This document shows, piece after piece, positions 28,180 to 41,885 of a stretch of 64,000 nt of DNA; position 1 is the first letter of the stretch, and every line of letters begins with the position of its first letter. The position numbers were made by a program, and so were the translations under genes. Origin of the DNA: Eledone cirrhosa (taxonomy: Eukaryota); contig OZ024742.1 in NCBI GenBank assembly GCA_964016885.1, forward strand, positions 212,164,001 through 212,228,000, read 5' to 3'. Below the pieces are notes generated by a model. That model worked only from the letters and a program-made list of their open reading frames with translations, did not search any database and was not told the origin of the DNA.

Positions 28180-28800
28180 AACATCTCAATGAAAGAGCTT
28201 GGAGAATTTTCAAAGGTAAAGTGGTTGAAATAAAAAAAAAATGAAAATGAAAATTGTAATAAGAATAGTTTTTATGATTAAAGGACTTCTAAGGTCAATT
28301 TGAATGCAAAATTGAAGTTGGAGGATTTCCTGGTAAGTAGACCTTCAAGAGATGTACTCATTCTTAGGAAAATGCTATTTATAAAAAAGCTTATAACCAT
28401 AAATTAACCCCTAAGATTACAGAATTTCCCCAATAGTACACAACTTAAACTGAACAGAAAAGTACAGTATCGGAAACAACAAAAGTAGTCATTTGAAACT
28501 TTACCTGTCTTAGAAAATGACAAAGTACAAATCCTTCAGAACTACAGGAAGACCAGAATAAGTTTGACATCATTTTCCATGACAAAAATGACAACAGTAT
28601 TTTGATAATTGACATAGCAAATATTGAATGACTATAATTTCACACAGAAGGCAGCTGAAAAACTAAGGAATTATGTTGACATATTACATCAAAGACATTA
28701 GGGCATGTAAGAAATGTATCTATCATCCTATTTGTAATTGGTACAACTAACACAATCGTTTTTGTAAAAAGATTAACAAGTTACTTATAAAGATACAAGG
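28180..28800 (+). pseudogene. Second R4/Dong-like fossil (restriction-like endonuclease region)
   Basis: VLENDKVQIL..QNKFDIIFHDKNDNSILIIDIA..KAAEKLRNYVDI..NVSIILFVIGT. Confidence 0.7.
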
Positions 28801-29939
28801 GTCTGCAAAACGTTGTCAGAACATTTTTACAATGTATTTGTTAATTTTGCCTGTTTTCCAGAATGTATTTAATAATTTTTTTATGTAAGAAACTCTTTAT
28901 GTATCATTCAAGCCATACATAATATTAGTGATGATTTCTGACAGCACAAAGCCAAGCACTTTTGTGGGTGGAGGCAGGGTACAATGAAGCAACACCAGTA
29001 CCCAACTAGTACTTTTTATATTGTCCCTGAAAGGAAAAATAAATAAATAAATAAAGTTGATCTTGAAAGTATTTGAATTTAAATCTACTGATTATACTAA
29101 TCTGCTACTCTTTATAATGATGATATAGCATTGCAACAAATTTAGGGCCAGAGGCAGCAAATTAAAATGAGGGTGGTACTCGAGTGGTACTTATGTTATT
29201 GACCCTGGAAGAAAAAATAACAGATTTAACCTCAACAGAGTTTGAACTCAAGCATTCTGTCTGGTGCACTACCAAAGCTCTTCAAATTAATCCTAGATTT
29301 CAGCTATCTTCTTAAAAAAGAGCAAAAAAATCCCTTTTCACATTGGCACAAGACCACAAATTTCTAGAGCAGAGATATTATCAATTGAATTAATTTTTGG
29401 ATGCTCATTTTATCTCTCTGAAATGGTCAAGTGAAGAAAGAATTGAACTAAAAACAAAAGGATGAATCTAAATAGAAGCCTGTGTATTTTTATGTTACAA
29501 TGTAGATCTTGCAGAGGACATGACAAACTCTAGTGCTAGTGCAACAATGAAATGCACCCACTACACACTGTAAAGTAGTTGCTTTGAAGAAGGTCATCCA
29601 ACCATAGAAATCTTACCCAAAATGGAACTCACAAGCAAGACATGAGACATGATCCTCTGACACATCCAGGGCAGCAGTAATTTCAAATAAAAACTGACTT
29701 GGACCATGACTATCCAATCCATGCCAGCATACAAAACAGACATAAAATGACATGTTAATGAAAAACATTACATTCTTCTATGTGATTAAGGAAACAAAGA
29801 GGAAAAGAGTACTATGAACAAGCAGTTCTGGGGAGGAAGAATTAACTAATGTGTTTGGAATGTTCTCTAAGGAGATGAGACACAATGGCACTGATGAGAT
29901 GAGGAGAGATGGACATCAGATTGGTGTAGGCAGGGGAAT

Positions 29940-31020
29940 ATAGTCGTACATCTAATTGCAATATCAGTAAAAGAAACAAAGTTAATGCAGTTTAAATGTA
30001 GGATAATATTTTAATTTATTATTTTGCATAGGAGAGTAGATCTTAGGGCTAGCTTTTTGTTAAATTAAATCTACATATGATATACAAACCATCTCAAATG
30101 TGCTGAGGATATTCTAGTGAAGTTATATTGATATTTTGTAAAGGATTTGACTATAAAGATAAAAACCAGTTTTTATGGTGTAGTCTACACTAAGTAGAAA
30201 ATATATAGTTTTCATGAGTGGCTGTTAGAGACTAAAAAAACAAAATTTATATGAAGCACTATGTTCAAGTTGTATATTGTTTGTGAGTGGAAGAGATACA
30301 ATCTTATGAGTTTGTGTCCTTGAAATGTTTTAGATCTATTAAAAGAAAGTCAGTTATCAGGTCAAAATTGCAAGATGTTTTGGAGGTACTTATTTCTTGT
30401 GGGAGTGGTTGAAGTTACACAAGGTTGATGTTTATGTGTGAAAAGTGAGGTAGGATGAAGAGTGAGGTCAACAAGGCAAGAGTGTACAGTGTACATAACT
30501 TAAGGTAACTGCACTTAAATAGATGTAGAGAAAAAAGAAGACAGAGGGTAGCTTGGGAGCTTCTAATCCAAATGTAACAATGAACCAAAACTTCTTTTTC
30601 CAAAGATATGTTCAAAAGCTTTTCTTGTGTCAAGAGCAACAATTTGCTCTTGCCAAATTTCTTAACAGCAAGTGGCTATAAATATCTCCAGTAGACATGA
30701 TTTTATAAAATTCATGGTAATGGTCATTGAGTAAGGAAAGAGATTTAAAGTGATTTAAGAGGTAGAGGATTATGAACATTGCTTTAAAAGTGAGAACAAC
30801 AAGTAGTTAAAATTTGAGAATATTGGGCTGCTAATTTAGAAAGATTGTATTTCTTAGTCATGGAATATATAGATGCATGTTGAAATATGTACCAAAGAAG
30901 AAGCAAAATTAAAGAGTTTGGTGAAAGAGTTTAGACCTGTAGTTTTAGAGTCATAATGTTTGTTGAGTCCAGTTGCATTTTAGAGACTTTAGAAAATGTT
31001 GCACTAACCATTTGTGAACA
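29940..31020 (-). pseudogene. Very degraded CR1-like LINE remnant
   Basis: ALDTRKAFEH (about 30610-30640) resembles the RT motif ALDISKAFD; the rest is heavily decayed. Confidence 0.4.
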
Positions 31021-34000
31021 TAGTTGGTAGGGAAGGTAGGTTATGGAAGAGAAGTCTAGAAGAGGTATGGTGTATATATATATGAAGGGTGGGGTTAGAG
31101 TAACTATTGACTTTAGCTACTGGTGTACTACTTAAAAAATAATTTGTGTTGAGAAGCAGTGGGCAGAAAAATTCAACAAAATTGGAGCAATGAAAAAGAA
31201 TGCATTCATTGCTTTAAATAGAGAGTGTAGAACTCATGCATTATAGAAAGAAATGTTTTGCTTACTAGCTGGTCATATTGTACAAATTTTGCTTGCATAT
31301 GGATGCCATATGGTTGTTGTCAGTGGGTAATTTCGTCTAAATATTATAAGCAATATATTCTCTTGTACAGCAGCAACAAAACCTCCAGTAAATTGTTTAA
31401 AAGTTGGTTTATCAGATTTGATAGTGCATGGGATCTGGAGTGACATGACATACTTAAGAATGTCTCCATCACTTACTTGGCCATCTAAGTCGGGTAAGGA
31501 ACAAAGGATATTTACTTTCATGAGTAATTAGTCAAACATCTGACCAATTAGCTAACTTTAATAGCCACATACTTGGAGAGGAGATGTGCTCTGCGAGATT
31601 TTTGAAAATGCCTAAGAAACACCTCAAGTTTGTGAAATGATAAATTTTGAACAATTAACTACAAACAATAAAATAATTTTAATGTTTGATTAATTGATAC
31701 ATTTAAAAGAAACCAAATACCAACATTTTAACTAGTTTTTTTGTTTTTTTTAGATTTAAATTTCTACAAATGATTTGTTAGCACCCACTCTCTTTAAAAT
31801 ACTTTTTTTTTCTAACGCAACAATTAGTTTTTATAAATTATAAAAAAGTTAAGAAAAAAGTTGTTTCATATAAGGAAATGTGAAAAGAAATTTGTTGGTT
31901 ATTAAATTGAGTAATATGAATGTACAATATATAGGTTAGAAACATCCTTGCATACTGTGTTTCTAATTTGAAAATAATTCTAAAATTAGTTTACATTTTA
32001 AATTTTCCATTGATTACAACTTTAGAAATTCCAGTTTTCTAAAGGAAGCAAATTAATGACTGGTGTATTATCAATAACAGTTGTGTCTTCATGCTAGCAT
32101 TGATTTAAACAATCCTGTCTGGATTGCTTTTGAATTCATATAATAGAACCTAGATCACTTTTAATTATGAACTTACACACACACACACACACATACAATG
32201 ATTAAAAGAAAATCCAATTGCAAAACATTTGCTCTTTTTTCACATATATTACAATATTTGTGATTAAAAGTGATCTATGTTTATATTATTTGGATTCAAA
32301 AGCAATCCAGTCAAATTGTCTTAAAGATATGGCTATTATTTGACACATAAAATGAGGAAATTGTATTCTCCTTCCTTATACAAACAACAACCATGAGTCA
32401 ACGAGGGGTGGGGGCTTACGTGGATGATTGGTCTGTTAGAAATAACAACCAAATTCTCTCAAATCACACCATACCAACTTAGTTAAGGAAAGGACATAAG
32501 AAAATGTAGTCCTACATAACTCTAAAAAAATTTATCATGGCTAGTATACTTCTGATAACAGGTCTACTTTATTAGCTCAGACATTGGGTTAAACAACTAG
32601 GAAATGAATAACAAAATTCATGCTATTTCATATTAACACAACTGCTACTGTAGTCACACAAACACACATCCTATACAAGTACACTACCTGCAGGACCTGT
32701 AGGCTTTCAGAATACAACCTGATATCTAGATAAGTTTTATAATGATTTGCTTGAGGAGGTATAATGAGGCTATATGGTTAGGAATTATTTAGTATTTATA
32801 GAGAGTTTATGAAAAATACCTTTCTATGATGGTACCTGAGGCTTAAATTTAAGATTGATTTGTATCTCAGACTGAGAAGGGACTTTATGGTAATGAATTA
32901 ATCTACATTTAAATAATTTTAATGTGATTTGTATAGCGAGATTTGAACCAAGTCTTGGAAAAAAATTATGCGAAAACCTCTATTCAACTGTACTTATGTC
33001 TTGGGTTGTGAACATAAGCCATTGTTCATTTAAACATTACCAAGTAGCCCTCGTTTGCCTCTAGTGGAGTTAGCTCTGTTGCAAACTTTTAGACCATGCC
33101 TCTAATCTGAAAATAATTTCATATCTTCATGTGCTATCTCCTATTACAGTCAGCCATAAGTCATCATTTCTTTTTACTCTCACGCCACTAGTCTTGGCAA
33201 CTGACTATGCCATGAAAAAAATTAGAAAATTACTGGTATTTTATCATATGTCAAGATCTAGAAGGTATCTTATGGCTATGCACTATTTACAACTAACACA
33301 CATCTAATAGTATAATAATCAATCAACAAGTGTTCACACTGTCATTTAACCTGCAAGAATTAGAAGCAAAATCTCCCTCATATCATACCTTACTATCTTA
33401 AAAAAGATACTAACATTGGATAAAGCAGTAAAAAAATATATATATATATATATAAGATGGCCATGGGTAAAATGCTTTTCATAAGTCTCCTTGTTTAGGC
33501 TTGACTCAGTGCATCAACAATCAACCCTAATCTACAGAACACATGGAATGCCATAAACTGTAACATTTGATCAGTACTCATGTTAATAAATTATGTTAAA
33601 AAATGATGGATGTCACTCAGAATACTCCAGAAAACCATAATATTGGTTGTCTTATTTCCAATCAATATGAAAAATATGCTCTATTGACAAATCAACCACA
33701 GGTTGTTATAAATTTTACATAAATTAATGAGAGAGTCAGTCATCATCATCATCATTCTGTGCCTGGTTTCCATATTGGCATGGGTTAAATGGGTCAGTTT
33801 ATATTCTGAGTTATTACCTTCCTTGATGTAGAGAAGGACCACAGTTCACATATATATTTCAATCTTTGGCATGATTTTTATAGATGGCTGCCCTTCCTAA
33901 CACTAACTAATTTAAAGGGTGTAATGAATGCATTTTATTGTGTCACAACACTAGAAAGATTTTAAACTCCTCAATATGACTTAAGAGTTCTATCGACAGA

Positions 34001-35461
34001 ACGTAGTCTCCTTTTCATCATCAACTACATTACAGAGAGTACTGGGTGTATTTTATAACAGCACAAACAATGTTGTTCAGTAGCTTTGAAATGTTGCCAC
34101 ACACATCAAAAGTTGCAGTATAGTAGTTTTGAAATGTTATAGTGCAGTATCTTTGAATTTAAAATATTTTTGCTTAGTTCCCTAAAGTGATTGGGAAAAA
34201 GTTGCGGGAGCATTGCTCTCAGATGAAAGGCAAAACCTGAAATACTAAATTCCTAATTTGCTCGTGGTCACTGAACTCATGAAACTCTTCTTTAAACTCT
34301 CCTATCAATTAATTATTGCTGATGCAGCCTTTCTTTGGATTCTGAATTTTTCCTATTTTAGCTAAAAGATAGCAACATCTTTCTAATTAAGAACACCTTT
34401 GTTAAATGACTAGAAAATATCTTGATTGAGATTAACCTTAAATCAAAATTCAAATGTTTGAGCCATTTAATTTCAAAATATATTTATGCAACTAGCTCAA
34501 TTCTAAATCAAAGCCTCATCTAGAAGTTAATGTTGAGCCCTGTTTCTGTATATTACAACTTGCAATAAAATCTATTCAAACTGCTATTAATTTCCCATCA
34601 ATATTGTGAAATGACAAAAATTTCACAGCATCTTTTAAGACATACTAAGACTAAGATATAGAACATTGATCTTAGTGAAATATTTTTACCATATTTAGAT
34701 GTGAGGCTAGAAATAAATTTTCAGGGAAACAGAAAAAAAAAAAAGATTAAAAAAAAAAAGAACCCCACCCACATCTTAACTCCACAAGTTAGATGGGTTG
34801 AGTAATTGCTTCCAGGTTTATTGTAGTTTAACATTTTCTTCTTTTCTAAATTTAGGCAACAACACTACAAATTTATTTAGGCAAGTGATGTAACAGTAAC
34901 ACTTTTCTTTAGCTTTTTACAAAGAGAAAATGTTTAAAACTGTTTTGCAAATATATCATCTGTATCACTTTCTTGGTTGCTGACATAAAAATATAAACTA
35001 TTTTTCAAATTGCCAAATCTACCCAAATCTGATGATTTAGAAATTTCAATTAAACATAAACATATATAAATTTTTCCAGGAAAATATTCATTAATTTACT
35101 AAATGTAATGAATATGAAGAGAACACTTTAAAAGTCATTAATGTAGGGACAGAAGAGGTTTTAAATGAGTGAGTTACAGAATAGATATTAATACTATCAC
35201 ATTTTATCATTCTAGTTTATATAATTATTTTCTACTAGTACACCCATGTCATAAAAATGATAATTACAGAGAATGATTTTCGATATGAAAAACAAATTGG
35301 GTGCAAAAAAATGCAGGCCACTTATCTAATGAACCTGGCTCTGAGCTTGAAATTCCCAGCACTCACTAAAAGATACAGATGGTTGAGTATGCAGAGAGAG
35401 TTGGTCATATCATATTAATACTTACTATATGAATATCACAATAAACAAATAAATGCTGATG

Positions 35462-36085
35462 ACATCATCATCTTCTTTGCTCACTTATTCTTGGGAGGGT
35501 CGTGGGAGCAGAGTCTTCAAGTACGCCTTCCAGCAGGTCCTGTCAGAAGCAACTGTCTTCAATTGATCTGGCTGGATCCTCAAGTGAGACCCTGAGCAAA
35601 TTGTTATCCAACTATCTTGCTTAAGGCCTACACCTGGGTCTCCTGCCAGTTGGTTTTGCACGCAAAATTTGTCCAGCGATTCTTAGACATTCTGACCACA
35701 TGTCCGTAGTATTAGAGCAGTGATCTCTCAATTTGGAGGAGTAGCAACTCTCAGATCTCCGAGCTACACACACTATCCAGTAATGCAACACCAAAGATCC
35801 TTTGGAGGAATCCTATTTTGGCCGCTTGTATTTGTGGCTTTTACGCCTACCTCCCTTCTTCTGATGATCGAATGCTGAAGCTGGCACATTACTGCACTAA
35901 CTACTGCAATTCTTGCACTTAATTCAGCCTCCTGTCTTGTATCACTCATGAAAACGGCCCCAAGATACTTGAATTTCTCCATTTGTTTCAGTGGAACTCA
36001 CATGTAAAGAGCACTGTGCAGGCTTCCTTGAGAGGACGAGTGCCTTAGTCTTCACAGCACTGATTTTCATTCCTACCGTGTAACC
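35462..36085 (-). mobile_element. Degraded RTE-like LINE 3' portion (third family)
   Basis: ISAVKTKALV..MEKFKYLGAVFMSD..ELSARIA..L*YYGHVVRM..RRPRCRP. Its 3' end recurs at 40250-40385 (+) and 51220-51300 (-). Confidence 0.8.
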
Positions 36086-36313
36086 TATCAAGTTAAAACA
36101 TGGGAGGACTTAGTGTCCATCATTCATGGGTAGGATGGATTGACCATTGTTTAGCTCACCCGAGGCAGATTTTGGCTTGGTTTCTACAGCTGGGTACCCT
36201 TCCTACTGTCAACCACACATTTACAGTGTGTGCTGGGTGCTTTTTGTTGTGACACCTACATGACCACATTACAGTGTGGACTGGGCATACTATTAAATTT
36301 CAGTCTTTTCTAC

Positions 36314-36562
36314 TTAACCATTTCATTACCATATTTCTAGTGAAAGACATGGCTTATAGTTTTCAAATAATTTTGAAAATGATCAAGAATTTGGAGGGAT
36401 TTAATAATATAACTAATTTTTTCATTATTAAGCTGGTGTTTGGAACATAACTTAAAGAATCTTACATAAAATGAAGATGGAAGGTAAATATAAACTCTTT
36501 AAAATAAACAGCTTTTTATCATAGAAACAAGGGCAGTTTCAGGTGAATTGGTATCAAAAGGG
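36314..36562. mobile_element. Degenerate piggyBac-type MITE
   Basis: TTAAccatttcattacc ... ggtatcaaaaggg; homologous to 18515-18746. Confidence 0.6.
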
Positions 36563-39500
36563 ATGAAGAATCTGGATAATCTTTTTTTAAGTTTCTGTAA
36601 ACAAACCATTCTGGTATTATATAAAATATTTTTAAATCCTTTGGATTTCCAAATCGATTATAATGTTATAGGCCTTCCAAATGCACAACTATTTTTGAGG
36701 CAGTTAATAATACTTATTTATATTTAGATATTTTGTGTGATTTTTATACTTCATTAATCAATTAATAGCATATAAACTCCTGCAAAACATGTAACATATC
36801 AATAACTAAAAGAGAATACCACCGCACAATGTAGTTTTTAATTTACAAACTATTGCATTAATCTTTTGTAAATAGATATGCTTTACATTTTCTTTCCAAT
36901 CATCTTCAAGTACCTTTGAAATATAATTCTCAGTTCAAACCCAATCTAGAATGTGTTTATATACAGGACTTAGACATCTAGCATTGACAAGAGGACTTAC
37001 TGATTAAAATTGAAATAAAGAAATGTAGTTAATAGTCAAGAAAATTAATTTTACATAATTTAAACAACTGCTGAATGAATCTGTATAGTCTCTTGACCTG
37101 CTTGTATCACATCCTACCATCTTAAAAAGGTTACATTAGATAACACTTCTAGATATGCTATGTCTGAAGAAAAAAAGATTGATTGCTCACACTAGTACAG
37201 TTTTGATCATCAGAGTTAACAACAATAACTTATCTAAAAAGATATGTTATGCTCAACAATGATTTACAATTTTGTTACTTTACTGATTATTTTAATACAA
37301 ATATTGATTTGATCTGTGTAGCTGACTTATTTTCAATTGATAAATTCATGGTACAAGTAACTATAGTTAACTTTTCATTATAACCAGTAATCTTGTTGCA
37401 ATATCTGTCTTGCTAAATCTTTGATTCTCCATCTGTTGAACTATCCTAAATATTTCACAAAACTTTTCCCACCTTCAGAAGGTTCATACTTTTCTTTCTT
37501 TTCTATTTCACAAGGTTGTTTGTGACTTCATCAAATAATTCTAAGAATTACTCAACTTCTCTGAATGTTTGTTTCATTGGCTATAATGATAATAAAATAT
37601 AGCTACTTTTAGTAAGTTATTCAACTGTTCCTTGTTGACAATCTTTTATCAGCAAATCATTAATATAAAAGAAAGGTTTTAATCATATGCAAACGTTACA
37701 ATTTTAGTGTCACATTGAATACTTTGGATAATTAATTATATATTCAACATGTTATAGCATACATTATTTAGAATATAATCAATCAAAATGCCTGCATCAT
37801 ATGAATCTGCAGTTATTGCTTTCCTGAAAAGCTTGATACCACACTACACTGCTACAAACAACATTGTTGAGTGCTCTATAATGAAGTATTTAAAGACAAC
37901 TGCCAGTCTAATAAATATATTTTGGTTGTTAGCCAGTTTTTGTCAATCTAGGATGTGTTGATAAAATGAGGCATATAGAGTAATAGTCGAGCAGATAAAC
38001 AACAAAATTTACTTTATAAGAGCTGAAAGGCTAAATTAACAATGATAAAATTGGAATAAAATAGTGTGCTTCTAAGCAACTTCTCGGAGTTCCCTGTCTA
38101 CACTAACATTTTATCACTCAGCTATTATACAACCTTTAAGTAAAAAAGAAAAGCCTTAAACTTTTTGTTTGGTCAACCTATATTATAATAACTGTATGAG
38201 CTTTTTGTCCATCTGTCACATAAAGGCTACAATCTGTCATCTGTCACATAAAGGCTACAATCTGTCATCTGTCAAAATCGTTCTAAAAATTTTAATATAG
38301 AATTCATGGAATACAAATGTAAGTTTTAAAAAAGGTGTGGAGGGGGGGGGGGGGCTGCTTTAGAATGCTTTCATTTATTCCAAAAATCTAGGTTTTCTGT
38401 CAATAATATTCTCTCTCTGAAGTATGTATATATGTACATGTACACATATAATTCACAAACATAGCTTTGTTAGAGTTTGATGGAAAAAAACTGAATATTG
38501 CTTATACCATCTGTAAAACAATGGTTTATGTACTACTTGTGAATAATATCTGTGAGACAGCTGTTTAAAGGCAAATTATAGAACATGTCATGATTTGTGA
38601 GCCATTTTAGTTTGCATTGCTTATTCAAACAACTTTTCATCTGCCATTAAAATTGCCATTTACTTTTTTTTTTTTTAACATGTTTCCAGTTCAACTACTA
38701 GCTAATCAGTATAGCAACTCTCAGCTTCAATGCTGTTCACAGCTTAATCTTTATATATTTTGTGACCATTCTTACAGATGCACTCATTTTTATCTCAGTG
38801 CTTGCATATATGTAACATATATCTACATGTCTACATTTTATGGTATCAATTACTTGCCAAGATCTAGTTCACAAGGTCCCAGCATTTATATTTGCTATGC
38901 TGCAAAGAAAGATGTAATAACTGAATATGCAGGATTTTCCTATTCTACATCATTCTTAATGTATGTAATATTAGACTAGAAAGTGCCAGTCCCATTAATG
39001 AGGCTAACATTATATCTAAGGGACAGGCAGAATATCTTAGTTCTCAGGATATTAATTATAAGAAAGTATTTTATAGTTGCCAATCACTATGACAAGAAGT
39101 GGGAGAGGGATATTTATTGTGGCAGATATTTCAAAAGTCCTTCAGCAGGGATTCTACTTCCCAGCAACATTGCTAAAATTTTGACTTTGAATTTCATATC
39201 CTGTCAGGGTTGACTTTGCCTTTCATTTCTCTAGGGATGACAAAATAATTACCAGTAATATAGTTGATTTATCAACTATATTCTCCCCTATAAATTAGTG
39301 TCTTTGAGCTGTAAGAAATCAATATTTTGACTATAAATTAGTAGTGTTCCAACATAAGTTCCTTTTCTTATATCTAAAGATACTGCCATTGACTTGTATG
39401 ATTATTAAGTGTCTATTTTTCAAGATAGGCTCATTATTCAGAATTTCTAGAGTTAGGCTTCATTTAAAGGTTTGCAGTATGTGAGCAACTTAAAGATTTA

Positions 39501-40779
39501 AGAAGTAGTCTATTATGGAATAAATATCTGTTGGATAAAGAGCTATTGTTAGGACTTTTTCACAAATAGCAGAAGCGTTGTAATACTCCATTCTTTACTT
39601 TTAGAATGCATGCTATGTAAACACTCCTTTAATATTATGCATTTCATCTAAAAAATGTTCCTACTTTTCAGTAATTAAATCGTGACAGGGGAAAATTTCA
39701 GGTCTATTTTTATCATATAATCATTCAATAACATTTTATTGTGGCCTTATAAAGATATTGCATCTTCCAGTAATTAATACACAAAATTTTAAAAGCTTAT
39801 CTTATATTATATATCCTGAATTTTAGTTTATTTTTAAAGAATATTGGAAAAAACAAATTGAAAATATATGAGTCATATGTATCTAACAGGATCAAATTAC
39901 AAATTATAAGAAGATCAAGGATGGTTTAATATATGAAAATTACAATAGCATCAATTAGTCAGCAATGTGACCTCAAAAACAATATGCTTACTGACATTCA
40001 TATATTCACAAACTGACAAAAACAAAAGTCGTATGGAGTAATGTTTGGTACAAATCAAGAATCAGTAAAATATTTAGGAAATTTTAAGCCAGTAAAAATT
40101 GTAAGGGTTAAAAATTCAGTATATATGAATAATATTTGAAATTGCAAATTGAATCATTGCAATTTTATAAGTTTTATCTAATCTGTTTCACTTGATCATG
40201 GCCAGAACACCTAAGATTATAGATTTGCTTGTTCAGAGCTGTTTGTAACATCCATGAGCTTGGCTGGTCTTGCTTAGTGATCCAGCCAGATCAATTAGAG
40301 ACAGTTGCTTCTGACAGGACCTGCTGGAAGGCATGCTTGAAGACTCTGCCCCCATGACCCTCCCAAGAATAAGTGGGCAAAGAAAAAATGCTGCTTATAT
40401 TCCTTCAGCAAAGGTCATAAATAATTTGGACAGGTTATGTCTTAATGACCTGCAACAATGTCTTCAGTTACCCATTGTGACATCATGGCACAACCAAATA
40501 TAGATTGATTTAATGGCAACTTGGATAGGGAGGGAATTTTAGAGGGATGCAGCACTAAAGAAGAAGATTTGGTGAAGGTGTTTAGTGCAGTATTTGAGGT
40601 GGGGAGCGGTGAATACAGTAAAAATGAAGAGAGGAGTGGAAAGTATAACAGGTGAGCTGGAAAGGGGGAGGGGGTATACAGCTAGATGGTTCGGAAAAGA
40701 GCTAATGTTGAAGTAGTGGAAGGGGCATAGAAGAGACAAAAATATGTATATATGGGCTCATATTGCAGTGTTGTTGTGA

Positions 40780-41000
40780 GTGAATCTTTGCCAATTAGTT
40801 GGCTGAACTTCTTTTAGCTGTGGCCTAAGATACATATATGAGCAGTACTCCAATATGGATAACACTTAAGCTTTGTAGGGGGTCAATATCTGATTAGAGC
40901 TAAAATTTTCTGGCCCTGAAGAAGAAGCCTTATCTTTAAAATGCAGTTTTTGGCAATGTTATATGAAGTTGCCATAAGTGTGAGGCAATGTTAGTTCATA
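40780..41000 (-). pseudogene. CR1-like RT thumb remnant
   Basis: GFFFRARKF..YKA*VLSILEYCSYV resembles LYKAQ.RP.LEYCSH.W. Confidence 0.55.
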
Positions 41001-41745
41001 ATAGTGTATACCATAATCTATTACATAGAAACCCCATAATACAACTGTTACAGCTTGATGATGTCTGTCATCCCAATACCAGTAACTGGTGTAGGCTAGT
41101 GGTTGGTATATTGGGAGGTGGCGGCAGAAAATGGCATACATAGTTTAACTCTTTTTTTAAGTGCTCTGGATCAGATCTTTAGGGTTGATTGTAGGAGTAT
41201 GGTTTACATTTGCTCAGGTTTGTGGTTGGCTTTAGTTTAATTCTGGTTGTATTTACATTCAAGTTAAGATAATTGGTGGTCTTAGTTAAATACAGACAGA
41301 AATATGTGTGATCCTGGTTATAAGCATAATTATTGTTCTGATAGAACTATTATTATTTTAGAAATAGTGTGAGAATCACAATTTGTTACAATGTCTTCCT
41401 TGAACAAGAACTCTAGTCATTCTAAATTAATGGCCATAAAATGAAAAAAAAAATATGGAAAGTTACAGCTCACACCTATGCAGGTTTAACTGGCCTTCTA
41501 CAAAGTTGCATCTCATAGGAGGTTTCTTTGGAGTTTTAATGTTAGGAACACTCAGAGCTATCACGAAAAACAATATGAAATTAAGCATCTTGCTCAAAAA
41601 CGCAATGTGCTGCCTGGTCCAAGAATCAGACCCACAATCCCATGAGTCCAACATCCTAACTGCTAGGCCATACACTTTCACTAATGGGCATGTGTTGAAT
41701 TGAAGCTCCAAATATTTTTCTTAGTTAGCTTCCATTTTGCAGCAC

Positions 41746-41885
41746 AGTTACGTCCCTTTACGGACTGAGTTCAAATCCTGCCGAGGTTAACTTTGCCTTT
41801 CATCCTTACGGGGTCGATAAAATAAAGTACCAGTAATACACTGGGATAATTGCTGGCCTTGTGCCAAAAGTAGAAACAATTATTT
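41746..41885 (+). mobile_element. 5'-truncated tRNA-type SINE
   Basis: Reverse complement of 46852-46985. Confidence 0.88.

Noticed and set aside
38210-38273. 28-bp tandem duplication (also a 24-bp duplication at 5820-5868)
   Set aside because: Ordinary local slippage duplications with no further structure.
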